A stretch of DNA of 64,000 bases. Origin: Pseudogymnoascus verrucosus. Taxonomy: Eukaryota. The notes beneath the pieces are model-generated. The model saw only the letters and a program-made list of their open reading frames with translations, had not been told where the DNA came from and did no database searches. Every line of letters starts with the position of its first letter. Position 1 is the stretch's first letter. A program made the position numbers and the translations under genes. Of the stretch, positions 47,118 through 59,024 are shown piece after piece. The stretch lies in assembly GCA_001662655.1 (NCBI GenBank), contig KV460215.1; one strand, given 5' to 3'.

Positions 47118-48346
47118 TGATCCTCTCCCCACGCCTGTATCTCGGAATCTTCGCTCCGGCATTTTGCCCAAGAGCTACGGTGCCAGCCTTGTCGCACCCT
47201 TTCACAACCCATAACTATTATTCGCCCATTATGCCCCATCACCGACTCCATCACCGATCTTTCCAGGTAGTCCTCGATTTCGATGGCACAATAACTACAG
47301 AGGATACCATCGAAGCCCTCGCCCAGTCTGCCATTGCCCTCCAGAATCCATCCCTACCACATTCTCAACTTAGCCAAACTCCAGCAGCCGAAGCATGGAA
47401 CAACTGTAAATCTCAGTACTTGGCTGACCTCTCGGCACACTATGAGAAGGAAAACCAAGAGCCCAGTGATGGCGGTGTAGTTACGGGACTCGGTGGGCTG
47501 GAGAGGGAACAAGGCTCCTTAGACGCACTGAGAGATGTCGAATGGGCTAGCGTGAAAAGAGTGGGACAATCTGGTATTTTTAAAGGACTTTCAAAGGAGT
47601 CTTTGCGGGAGAAGGGAAGGGCAGCAACAGCAGGTGACCCTCAGGATGGGAATGATTTGGCGGTAGTTGTAAGGGAAGGCTTCCCTGAATTTGTTACATG
47701 GATCGGGCAAATCGGGGGTCAATGGGGGATTGTGAGTGTGAACTGGAGTCGGATGTGGGTGCGAGGGGTATTAGATGTGGCTTTGGAAGAGAGATGGGTT
47801 CCGAGTCAAATCGATCTTTGCAATCTCACAACGAACGATATTAACCCTTTGACGGGCATGATTCTAGGTTGGCGGTTAGATAGGGTGTGTTATGATCTCT
47901 TGGAGACAACGATCAGTACTGATGACCACCAGTTGTCCGCTAAACGCACCCACCTCCTTACAACGGCTGACAAGCTCCTCGCCCAACATAAGATGATGTT
48001 CTACGGCTTCGACATTGGGGTCAGTTCCCCGGAGCCTCTCACAATATACATTGGCGATTCACCGACAGACTTGTCTCCCCTGCTTCATGCTGATATCGGA
48101 ATAATAATGAACTCTCCATCCTCCACTCCTGGAGCTCTCGGTGCTTTAATCGATAAATGCGGATATAGGGTTTTACCGGTGTCTGAATACGAGGAGTTGT
48201 ATCGTAAAGGGGAAGATGAAAAGGTGGCCATTTTGTTGAGTGTAAATAATTTCACAGAGATTATTGATAGTGGCATGCTACAAGACGAGGGGTGGGATCC
48301 AACGGCGGCAAAGAAGGCCTGGAAGAAAGCAGAATCGGAGAGTTGA
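47118..48346 (+). CDS. HAD-superfamily hydrolase (DFDGT type; Cto1 / thiamine-phosphate-phosphatase-like)
   Basis: Motif I is VLDFDGTITTEDT, motif II IVSVNWS, motif III TTADK and motif IV YIGDSPTDL..LLHADIGI. There is a probable in-frame intron at 47885-47932. The start is uncertain (47054, 47118 or 47231). Confidence 0.8.
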
Positions 48347-48520
48347 GGGTGTCGTATTTCATCATCTTCGACAACTGGTGCTTGAGCAAATGCTAATCCC
48401 TTGGGGGACGATTGCCACGGGAAGGTCGTTACTACATATGTTGATATATTCGCAATCTTATCAAATTTAACACTCCATGGCAACTTTCGGATTTGGGTAT
48501 CATTCATACAAGTCTATATC

Positions 48521-50104
48521 CTAAGTCTCCCCGCTCCACACATTTTGTGGCGCAAAGGGCTGGAATGGAAGGGTCCCCTCTTCTTTCATTTTCTTGTGCT
48601 CCTCCTCAGCATCAGTCCAGAACTTGGGAAACTTACCGTCCGAGACTGGGACCATATCTCCCATAAGAACAATGTTGTCCCACACAGACTTTCCTGGGGC
48701 ATCCGGCTCTAAGAATTCCGCGATGTCGCGTTCGATCTTAGATTTTGCCTCTTGGCTGGCACATAAGACAGGGTCAAAGGTCTTCAAGTGGGGCTCTCCG
48801 AGCATTGCTAATGTGCCCAACCCAAGATAAGAGTGGTAAATATCTGTCTTTATATTAGTGGCAGGTCAAACGATAGGCGGGCCAGAATGTCATACCAGGA
48901 GGGTATCCTGGCTCTTTGGCGAATCCCCCTATCATATGTTGCGTCTTTTCGATAAGCCAACGTCGCGAACCCTCTTTATTGATGAGCTTGGATTGGCCGA
49001 GGATCTTCGCTCATTAGTATACAATTATATCTTGTGAGACGTGTACTTACATAAAGAGATGCATCAACCCAAAAGCTGTAGCATGTATCAGGCCCCTTGT
49101 TGAGCCTGCCGTTGCACCCAATGGCATAAGTGTCTTCCAGAGATAAACCTGCCGCTGCCAGTTGCTCTATTTCGTTATTCGCGGGGTTTGAAGATTCTTC
49201 TGGTTTTGTTTGGGGTTCCTCGTCGTCTTCCTCGTCATCAGACTCTACATAGTTGACTTGTCGTGACATTAACCAGCGAATGGTATCTTGGAGGTTGGTA
49301 ACCCCAGTTAATTTTGAATCCGAAGGCTCAGCCCCCTCTTCCGACTTCGATAATGACCCTGGGAGACGGCCGAGGTTGCTCAAAGAAGCAATCCCACAGT
49401 ATGTATAACCAGCATGAGACTCATGTTCGAAGCTCTCTCCAAAACCTCCATCATAAGTCTTCAGGAAGTTAGCTTTATCCCCAGCTACGTGGACTCTAAC
49501 TTACCTCAGCCTTGCGTATATGCCCCACCAGTCCATTAACATTGATATCATCAACCTCCTTTTGGCTTTTTGACTTCAAATCCCCCCTTAGGATCCACCG
49601 TATTGCCGCAGCGCACTGACAATATCGCATATCCCGCCCTCCTTCAATCTTTCCATCCTTCCCCAACGTTTCTCCAAAACTGCCATCTTCTCGCTGCAGC
49701 TTCTGTAGCCACTTCAAACACTTTTTGCGGTCCACCTCGCCAACCTTGCCCACAAAGTTTAGGGCCATAAGTGCGAAGAATGTTGCTGGTAAATTTGCCG
49801 GGTCCATGTCAGACGGAGTGTCCGTCGCGGTCCGATAGTATGCACTGGGGTATTTGTGATTCGGGCTTCCACAAAACCCTCCGTTCGGGTGCTCGCAGTT
49901 GAGGATCCATTGCTTGAGACCAGCTACATCTTTGCGGTCTAGTTGGTCTCCACCGACACCGAGCAGGTCGAATGCAGATAGGATAAAGAAGCCCAACGAG
50001 AGTCGTGAGGAGTCGGTGCTGGTATATTCTGTAGGCAATACAGACTTAAGGCAGCGACGCCAGTACTTAATGTGTAGCTCCTTGTTAAATACCGGCTGCT
50101 CCAT
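48521..50104 (-). CDS. CDC43: Geranylgeranyltransferase type I beta subunit
   Basis: The N-terminus reads HIKYWRRCLKSVLPTEYTSTDSSR. Prenyltransferase repeats include GGFCG, LQREDGSFG, DMRYC, ESHAGYTYC and GRLNKGPDTCYSFW, with GGFAKEPGYPP|DIYHSYLGL across an intron. Confidence 0.9.
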
Positions 50105-50221
50105 TGTGGTGAATTTTTTGACCGTGGTGAGGTTGTCAATCCGCAAGGCTGAGGCCTTGGAATAGGTGCGGCGTTTCTGCCCCGCCATGGGGTCCGTGCA
50201 CGTTATGGCTGGTCGTCCCTT

Positions 50222-50268
50222 CCTCATAGCAGTTTAACTTCAATCCCTCATAGCAGTTTAACTTCAAT
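50222..50268. repeat. Perfect 23-bp direct duplication CCTCATAGCAGTTTAACTTCAAT in the CDC43/UBA4 divergent promoter
   Basis: Copies lie at 50222-50244 and 50246-50268. Confidence 0.95.
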
Positions 50269-50317
50269 AATACTCAATGAAGAAATAAAATAATGTCTTT
50301 AAGTTAAACATTTTAAC

Positions 50318-51815
50318 ATGGAGTCAGAAAACGATGAAGCACAAGCTTTGCGGCAGCTTATTTTAGCGACTGAGCTAAGACTGAAGAATCTCAAAGAAGA
50401 GCTTGCGGAGGTCGAAACGCGGGGTCCTCCTCACGGACGTGCTGAAGAGACGCCAAATGAACTCGAAAGTTTAAAGGATAGCAAGTGGCCTCTCACAGCT
50501 GAGGAATATTTACGATATGGACGTCAAATGATTGTACCAAGTATTGGTATCCAAGGTCGGCATTTTAATACCACTTCCAAAACCCATGACGAGACTAACT
50601 AAAGCAGGCCAACTACGCCTACATGCCGCATCCGTTCTCATAGTTGGGGCGGGAGGTTTGGGCTGCCCAGCCGCTGCGTATATTGCCGGAGCAGGTGTTA
50701 AATCTTTGGGAATAGTCGACGGTGACACAGTTGAGGTATCAAACCTGCACCGGCAGATCCTTCACAGCAGCTCTACCGTCGGGCTGTGGAAGGTAGACAG
50801 TGCTATCCACAACCTTAAAGGTCTCAACCCCAACGTCGAGTACAGGGCATATCGAGAGCACTTATCTCCTGAAAATGCGGCAGATATTGTCTCTCGTTAT
50901 GACATCGTCCTCGACTGCACGGATCATCCCAAGTCGAGATATCTCATATCAGACATCTGCGTCTTGCTCCAAAAGCCACTAGTGTCCGCTTCAGCACTGC
51001 GGACTGATGGCCAGCTTATGATTCTTAACCACCCAGCAGCACCTCCAGGATCCAATGCTGGCGGCCCTTGCTACAGATGCATATTTCCCAAGCCGCCACC
51101 CGCAAACCAAGTTGTCAGCTGCGGCGATGGAGGCATCCTTGGTCCTGTTGTTGGTGCCATGGGAGTTTTACAGGCAGTTGAAGCTATTAAGCTAATAACA
51201 GCCGGGCTAAAGGTTAGCCATACCTCTGATGATGCAGAACTTCAAGACCCGAAGGTTCTACCATCCCCTTCGCTTCTTCTTTTTTCAGCCAACAGCCCAA
51301 GTCCATTCCGCACTGTCCGATTGCGGCAAAGGCGACCGGATTGCTTTGCTTGCTCGTCCCAGGCGGGGTTGACACCAGAGTCTTTGACGTCAGGCTCATT
51401 GGACTATGTGGCTTTCTGTGGTTCCGCCGCGCCAGTTAATATTCTGTCCGCGGAGGAGCAGATATCTGCTGCGCAATATTCGGAGTTGAGAAATGATGAT
51501 TCCAAAAAGGAACATGTCCTATTAGATGTGAGGGAGAAGGTTCAGTTCGATATCTGCCATGTTGATGGGAGTATCAATGTTCCATTCTCAAAGTTGCAGA
51601 GGGATCTCGACACGACATATCCTTGGCTACCAGAGACATCTCCAGCTGATGCACCGATATATGTAATTTGCCGCCTTGGGAACGACTCCCAGGTCGTTAC
51701 GAGAAAGCTTAAGGAGAGCGGACTCGGTGACAACGGGAAGAGGTCAATATTAGACATAAAAGGGGGCCTGATGGCATGGAAAAAAGATGTTGACAGCAGC
51801 TGGCCAGAATACTAG
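50318..51815 (+). CDS. UBA4: Adenylyltransferase/sulfurtransferase Uba4/MOCS3 (ThiF/MoeB + rhodanese)
   Basis: Intron 50556-50607. Motifs are [38 protein letters not shown] and CFAC, plus rhodanese [20 protein letters not shown]. Confidence 0.96.
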
Positions 51816-52051
51816 AGGCATATAGACATATTAGTCACATTATAATAAATTCTTCTTAAATAGGAAATATAAATGAGTGATTGGATCTAGAGCCTTCTTT
51901 CCTCGGTAGCACCTCCGCTACTTCTTCGATATGCAGCTACAGGGAGAGACTCTAACGCCAGTGTAGCCTATTTAGCCACATATTTCAATTGTACATATGA
52001 GTTTCAAAATACTCATTTTATTTCAATGATGCCCCACAATCCTTACACACT

Positions 52052-52823
52052 TTAAGCAACATAAGTCGTCCGCTTCTTGTTGAACGCCCTTTGATCCTTG
52101 AGCCATTGCCTGTACCCAGCCACACTCGAGATCTTCTCTCCGTAGTAATCAGGCACCGGGTTCGCCATTGACGACGCCGAAGGGTCGACTCTGAACTTCT
52201 TGACGCGCCTATAAAACTCTACCTCTTTCTGTCGACAAATTAGCTTCCATTCCCCGATAGCCACCAATTCAAATGGTACTTACCGCCGCCATATCCGGTA
52301 TATACTTCCGGTTCATCGTATTGAAGATCCCCGTCCCAACAATAGGTCCAAGGAGCCACCCGACGCCTCCGCAGCTGAATGTGATCAAACCTAGCGTAAT
52401 GAAGGGATCCAACGGCACCTGTCCAACGAGGCTATCCATATCCGAGACAGCTAGAGCCTGTGCGCCAGCCAGCATACTACCGAAACTTGTTCCCACGGAT
52501 GAGCCAAGCTGTAGGCGCCTCCTTGTCTTGCGGAGCTTAAAGAACGCATTCCAGGTAAGCCGGTCTGCCGAGGAAGAGGGAGGTTGTGCTGTCGAAGCTG
52601 TGTTGTCCGTGGACGCAGTGGTCGATGCGTATCTAACGATCTGAGAAGTTGATTGCGAAGGAGATTTCTTGGATGTGAGGAGTCGCGGTCGGCTGGTTTG
52701 TGGGTATTGCGACTGGCTCTTTGACGGAATGGTCGTGTGATATGAGTTGGTAGCCGTGAGCGATGGCTGGAACCGGCAGTTCACAGCTGCTGTGCGCAGG
52801 CACAATTCGGTCCGGGCAAGCAT
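52052..52823 (-). CDS. PAM17: Mitochondrial import motor subunit Pam17
   Basis: A basic/Ser/Thr presequence is followed by LTWNAFFKLRKTRRR, LDPF, GWLLGP and FYRRVKKFRVDPS..SMANPVPDYYGEKISSVAGYRQWLKDQRAF. Intron 52229-52283. Confidence 0.95.
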
Positions 52824-53102
52824 CTTTGTAGGTTTAGACGTTGAGGCCGTAGAGAAAGGGTTGTGTTAGGGATGTTGTTGACGTCGTCGTTCGAAGCTTG
52901 TTGTAGCTTGGTGAACTTCCAAACTCGCCAGACGCATCGGGTGTTCGGCATTACTGTTAATCCGGTTACCGTGAATTGCCTCCACGGACAGACGGCATTC
53001 GAGGATTCATACTGGTAATTAAAACTGACATAATTTATTTCTTTATCCCCATGTCTAAATAGCTGTATCGTTAATTGTAGCTCTAAGTGGCTAAGAGCCT
53101 TC

Positions 53103-53486
53103 TTTTAATTTGTAGTTGCTGTAAACACCATATTTGTGTATAGTAATTAAGCGTCTCTATTTTAATCGCAGCGCAGTTTAGATAAACATCATATTTAGGG
53201 ACAGCGATTAAGAATCTATGCTTTAACTACAGATTGCTATAAACACTACATATATGTATAGTAATTAAGCACCTTACTTTTAATTGTAGTTTCTATGACT
53301 ATTATATTTATGTATAGTAATTAAGCGTCTATATTTTAATTTTAGTCGCTATAAACAATATATTTGTAAATAGTAATTAAATGTCTATATTTTAACCACA
53401 GTTGCTATATGAATTATACTTGTGTATAGAGATTGAGCGATTTAATTTTAATTATAGTTGCTGTAAATATTACTGTTATGCACAGC
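53103..53486. repeat. AT-rich tandem array of about seven degenerate 56-bp units, each with an internal inverted repeat
   Basis: Units start near 53103, 53160, 53221, 53278, 53334, 53390 and 53446. The approximate consensus is TTTTAA YYRYAG TYGCTRTAAAC AYYATATTT RTGTAYAGYRA TTAAGCGTCTATA. Confidence 0.85.
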
Positions 53487-53599
53487 CCGTCTCTTGACCT
53501 TTAGGTGGCACAAGTATTCTACTAAATTTCCGGTAGGATAGGATTTTATACTGAAATTGGCATATGAGAGACAGTAGCATACTACATAAGTCGTATAAA

Positions 53600-56500
53600 T
53601 CACTCTCCAAGAAGCACAACAGCCATATAAGCTGCCTGCGTCATAACCTCCTCCTGAGATATCCCCTGTGAGACGCCGATAATGGGGGTGCCTCCCACCT
53701 CCACAGTACAGGTATATTCCTGCCCCTCCTTTCCAAGCTTATACTCGACCTTCTGACCCCCAGACATTTCACCGAGCTTATTCTTCGGGTGAAGAATATC
53801 TATATCCTCATCCAGAATGCGGCGAAGATAGGCGATTAATCCAATATTCTCTGCGACTTTCTTGCATGCTGATAAATCGCCGCCTGCGTCTATGAGAACA
53901 GCGCCAATGATGCTTTCGACTATATCAGACAGGAACTTTGCTGGAGCTAGACTTGTTAACAGTACCCATGGATACTCATTTCCATGGGCAATAGCCGACG
54001 CAATGGCAGGCTGCAATTTACGGTATCTTTCCAAGCAGCTGCTCATTGCAGTGTTTATCTCCGGGTGTTGATGTCTCATTAACTGACATAGGTGCACAAG
54101 CTTTGAGCTGTGGACTTCTGTAAAGCCCGCCGAGTAGTGGTTTGGACTCAAAGCGACGTCCGTAACAACCTGCTCAAGCGATGAATCCATACAAAGATAG
54201 GCCAAAAAACCCGCATTAACCACAGCAGTCTTTGTCAGATGCATCCTGCCGTGTGATAACTCTGGTGCACTGTCGATCATGAAGGAAACGACTATCATAT
54301 CCAAAGTAGCGTCCCCAATGAATTCTAATCTCTGATACGAGCTTGTGTGCGAGTCGTGTTCGCAAGATGGGTGGGTTATAGCTTCTAGTAGGTAACCACG
54401 ATTCTTGAACTGATATCCAATTAAGTGCTCGACATCTGCAAGGTGACCGTTTGCGAGCGATGTGGGAGCAAAAACACTCTCTGCACCGAAACCTCTAGCA
54501 AATATATCTAGCGGGTCTGTTATCGGCATCTCAGGAAGGAAGCGGCTTATACAAGTTGCAGCTGCCTCGTACCCCCTATCAAGAAATGCACCGCCAATAA
54601 GCGCTTCCACGACGTCGGCGAGGACCTTGGTTGACAAGGTGCGCTTCTCTGGAGATGACGCAGCATCTAATATATCCCGAATATACGGTGGGGACCATTT
54701 GCGTGCTGTGAAGGTTTTCGTTACAATATAACGGTCCAGTCCTACAGCCAGGGCAGCACGCGAAAGGCGAGAGTTAGCAACAGCCTGGTCCTTGGCCCTA
54801 GACAGGTAGCCTTCAGGCCATGAGGGTTGAGTTGCGTATAAATTCACGCAGACGAGGTATTTTAAGACAGAATCCCCAATGAACTCCAAGCGTTGGTAGT
54901 TTGAGTTCTCGTTGGCTGAAGGGGCGTTTGTTGCCGTGATAACATAATCGAGGTTAAGAAACCCCTGATCTTCAAATACGGCGTTATACAAGTCCAACGC
55001 AAGGGCTTGCCTCCATAGTCGGTGCATAATCGAAGGAATGAGAAGAGAGCACTCCACATATTCCATGGGCAACTTGTCGACAGTGCTTGATTCTAAGGGC
55101 AGGAATAAAGCTGGCTTCTCAGAGCAATCTATCTCGTTTTCGGTATCTGACTTGCTTGCGAAACTGCGATGAAGGAAGTCTCGTCTTTTGGGTAAACGGG
55201 TGACTTTTATCGTCCCATCATCAGTAGTCTCTTTGAATATATGTGGGGCCGCATAACGTGCTTGGTCTCGGATGAGGCCATATGAAGCAGCGTTGGGATT
55301 CGCATTTAGTACCTCCGTGGCAGGCAAATTGCCAGCACTTTCTTCCAACCATGACCGAAGTAGCCCTTCACCAATATATGGTATAAAGAGCGCAAGAAAA
55401 TCATCACGTCCAGTTGGCATCCGGTTGAAATGGACCGCTTGAAAAATCGTTGATGTAACTTGCCTCATTATAGGAATGAATGGGGTGTCTGTGGGTGATA
55501 TTGGCGTAGTATCACTAATAGAAATCGAGTAGGTTATCTCATTATCCCAGTAAATTGTAAAGGTTTCGAGCGCAGGCAAGTCCTGAGGGAAAACGATGAC
55601 CAAATACAGCGTGGGACGGTCAGGCCTGGCGATGGATATAAGTTTCTTCTTCAGAGACTCTCCTGGCTCCATCCAACTTTTTGCAATACTTATCCAAGGA
55701 TTATAGATTTCGGAGACTTCCTCTACAGAAGCCCTGGTCTCTATATCAGGCGTAACCTCCTCATCCTTCCCAAGTAGCAGAGGTAGTAGGTTGTCATTAA
55801 TCAACCCCTTCTTATACAAGGCAACGTACGCCTGGAAAGCGGCATCTTTCTTGGCCATCCGTTCAGACTTCCATTCCCAGCCAGAAGTTGCCGTCCGTAC
55901 TGATGAATCGACACAGTTTGGTAATGTCACATTGCCAGTTATCAAGCCGTAGAAACTCTCTTGGAAATAGAACTTCGGTTGGAGATCCACGTAGGGCTGC
56001 GGGGGTAGAGTTGCGCAGAAGTGATGGATGTGAGCAACGGCAGTTTCAGGGGTGAGGAGGGCCCTGAGGAATTAGAAGATGGTCATAGTGGGCACAGAGA
56101 CTGACTTACCCGGTTGACTTGATCTCGAATCTAGCATTGGAACGCCCTTCAACATGCTCTTCCGTATCTTCCAGCTGCTGCAGCTTCTGACGCTTCGAAG
56201 CATCTTTTTGATACTCTACCCTCATTTGAATCTCCATGTCTCCCCATTCTTGTGGACCCAAAGAACGGTCATCCGAAGGGACTAGGAGGACAAAAATAGA
56301 ACGCCTTTTTCTTGCCCTTCCCCTTCGTTGGATGAACGACTTGAGATTGGGCGGTTTATTGAAGCATATAACTATGTTACAAGCTGATATGTCAATCCCC
56401 TCCTCAAGAACACTAGTCGCAATGATGAAGTTCTTGTCCTTCTTTCGAAAGCAATCGAGAGTATCCGTCTGCTCTAAAGGACTGAGCCAATCGCCAAGAG

Positions 56501-58105
56501 ATGACTTCCTACTAGAGAAGCTAGAAGTTCCAATAAATGTCCCGCACCTCAACATGCCCTTTGTCATGGGATGGACGGATAGGAGGTGGTGGAGGACGGC
56601 CACCGTTGCCCGTTGCTCAACGAATATGATCCCATGAAGATCACCGTCCCTGTAGCTTGTTAGGAATCGAATTAACTGTCGCACTTTTCGTGTTGTGTTC
56701 GTTTCATCCGGATGACCAGAGTTCAATGCCGAACTAGCACCGTGAACTTGAAGCAACAACTCGAGTACAGCATTGCTCCGTTTCCCATTATCAAAAAACG
56801 GGTCGCCGTTCCGTTTCGTTTCTGCGGCACTCCAGATATCTATAGATGTTTTAATATAGTAATCTGCAGCCCATTGGCCTAGCTCGTCGTATACATGATT
56901 TGCTTTCGTGCAAAATGATTTTAATTCGCGGAGGACCTTTGAGGTTTCCTTGATTAGATCAATGTCGTCTGAATCTCGGGACGTGCTCGAGTTCGTAGCA
57001 TCGGTATAGACAGCAATTAGGCTAACAAGCGCCAGAGAAGTATATTGCCCGTAGATTGATGGATTTGACAAGTAGGCAAGCCTCACGAATGTCGGCGGGT
57101 GGACATGTTCCAGCAGCTCCCCACGATGAACTCGTGGTGTTCGACATAGCGCATTGAGATCACGCTCGATAATTCTATTTAATTAGCGGCACGTAATACA
57201 GCAGGTTCGGAACACCCACTCTAGATCCGATGGTTTGGATCGAATAACTGGGCTTGCCGTTAAGCCGAGAATGTGTGGTACAGCATCTGGCCCTTTCAAC
57301 CCTAGGAGAGGATGATAGTAATTTTTCATTATCTTATTTGCGGGATGCTCGCCCGCGCAATGATGAGCTGTAATTGCTCAGCCTAAAGTCAAACTTTTCA
57401 CTTCATGACTCCAAGACGTACCTTCGTCAAACACTAAGAGCGCCAGCTCTTCTATTCGGACAAACCCGTGGCTGAGAGCATCTGACAGAACGCCATGAGT
57501 GGATACTACTATACGGACGTTTTCCAGCACTGCGTCCCATATCCTTTGCTCACTCCAACGGTCGACATTATCGGAACCCACGAGTAGGCGTGTCTGAACG
57601 TACGGGATGTTTGTGCGGAGAGTAGAGCATTGCTGCTCGCATAGTGCAACTGTCGGGGCAAGAAACCAGACACGCTAAATCCAAGAAGTTACATTACGAA
57701 TCCATTTGTTGATACATAAAATCTTATTTTATCTTACCTTCTGTGGCGGACATCTCTCTAGCTCGGCCTGTATGCGCATAACCGCACTATCACAGTCAGT
57801 ATATACTGTGCAAAGCTAGGCAACCCACGGGCCGCCAGCATCAGTTACACAGGGAGGGCAATTCACATATGAGTTTTTCCGCTGCCAGTATCCATCTATT
57901 TCTAAAGTCAGAATGATAAAATCGGCTGGGAATGAAGGAGCACTACCACTACAATTGTGTTGCGGGCCATGCTTGCTTCGAACATCTCTAGCTGGTACAG
58001 CCTAGACTGCTCATATGGTATCGCACTCGGTTTGGAAAGCTCCATCGCACCAGAGTTTGCTGGAGCATCTTGCAGGGCTACGCAGGTAGATTCTTGGGAA
58101 GTCAT
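53600..58105 (-). CDS. dcl2: Dicer-like protein, DCL2 type (DEAH helicase, Dicer dimerisation domain, RNase IIIa/b, dsRBD)
   Basis: About six introns. Helicase motifs are [45 protein letters not shown] and QRRGRAR. The dimerisation domain contains [10 protein letters not shown]. RNase IIIa reads [21 protein letters not shown] and RNase IIIb [21 protein letters not shown]. The C-terminal dsRBD starts HPKNKLG. The start is 58105 or 58045. Confidence 0.95.
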
Positions 58106-59024
58106 AATGCTCCATCCATTAGAGTGCAGCGTTTTATAGCAAGATGTTCTGGTTGAAGTGCGCAACGTGGCCGTCAATCCAGCACTGAAAACATCGGTGG
58201 TTTATCGCCAGCCTTGGAGCACATATATATGGTGCGTTCCAACCTCCGTATAATACTCTACAATACGCGGCGTGAGAGACTTGGGGTCCTCCTCAGGGTC
58301 AAAACCAACAAGGCAGGGCCCTCTATTAGCGCCGAGGAGTAGGCGCCAGTCTCGTCGGTTTCGGCTCAGTGCCTTAAACAAAGCCCTGTAAGGCTAATCA
58401 GCAAATGCCACGTTGGGGTCCTATACCAATCGAGAGAAGGCTCTGGCATTGTCGTAGCATTTGTGAATTTGATTGACGCGACGACGCTGCAAATAAAGTG
58501 ATATGTTGGTGCATGTAGCGACGTGCATTCCAGCCTTTCGTGAAGTGATTGGTGTTAGGTTAGGATGTAATGCCGCTGGCCGTCTTGACTCCGGTATGTG
58601 GGGCCTGATGATGGCTGTTTAGTCCCTCACTGGCCGATCAGCAACCAGCATGATGCTTGGTTTGTCTTCTTGCAACCACCACTCCATAGTCACAAACGAG
58701 GCTGGCTCTCAAAGTCACACGATTGCGCGTTGACACCAACAAGCATGGCCAGTCTATATCTGAACTCGCGTCCCCGCGTTTTCTACCTTTCACAGAATTA
58801 AGCCAGCAACGTGACACTGCTGCACAGGACTGACACTCAGGTTACTATCAGTGCGGCCTACAAGGTAAAGTTGCTAGCTTCAACATCAGGTAAGTAAGGA
58901 CCCATTCCTGAGTCTACAAATTCTACGACTGTGATGACGTACCAACCCATTACATAGACTCCCGAAGGGGCTTCAGGCCGCAGTTTCCAAAGAGAACCAT
59001 ACCCCGCACAAGTTCCGTTGAAAC
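58106..59024. promoter_or_regulatory. Divergent (possibly shared) Dicer-Argonaute promoter region, with a probable Argonaute 5'-UTR intron
   Basis: About 920 bp separate the two start codons. TATATAT is at 58224, and TTGGGGTCCT repeats at 58281 and 58413. CAG|GTAAGT at 58890 pairs with a TAG acceptor at 58957. Confidence 0.5.

Noticed and set aside
53103..53486. CRISPR-like array or protein-coding repeat
   Set aside because: Whole units are homologous with no unique spacers. The 56-bp period is not a multiple of 3 and stop codons are frequent.
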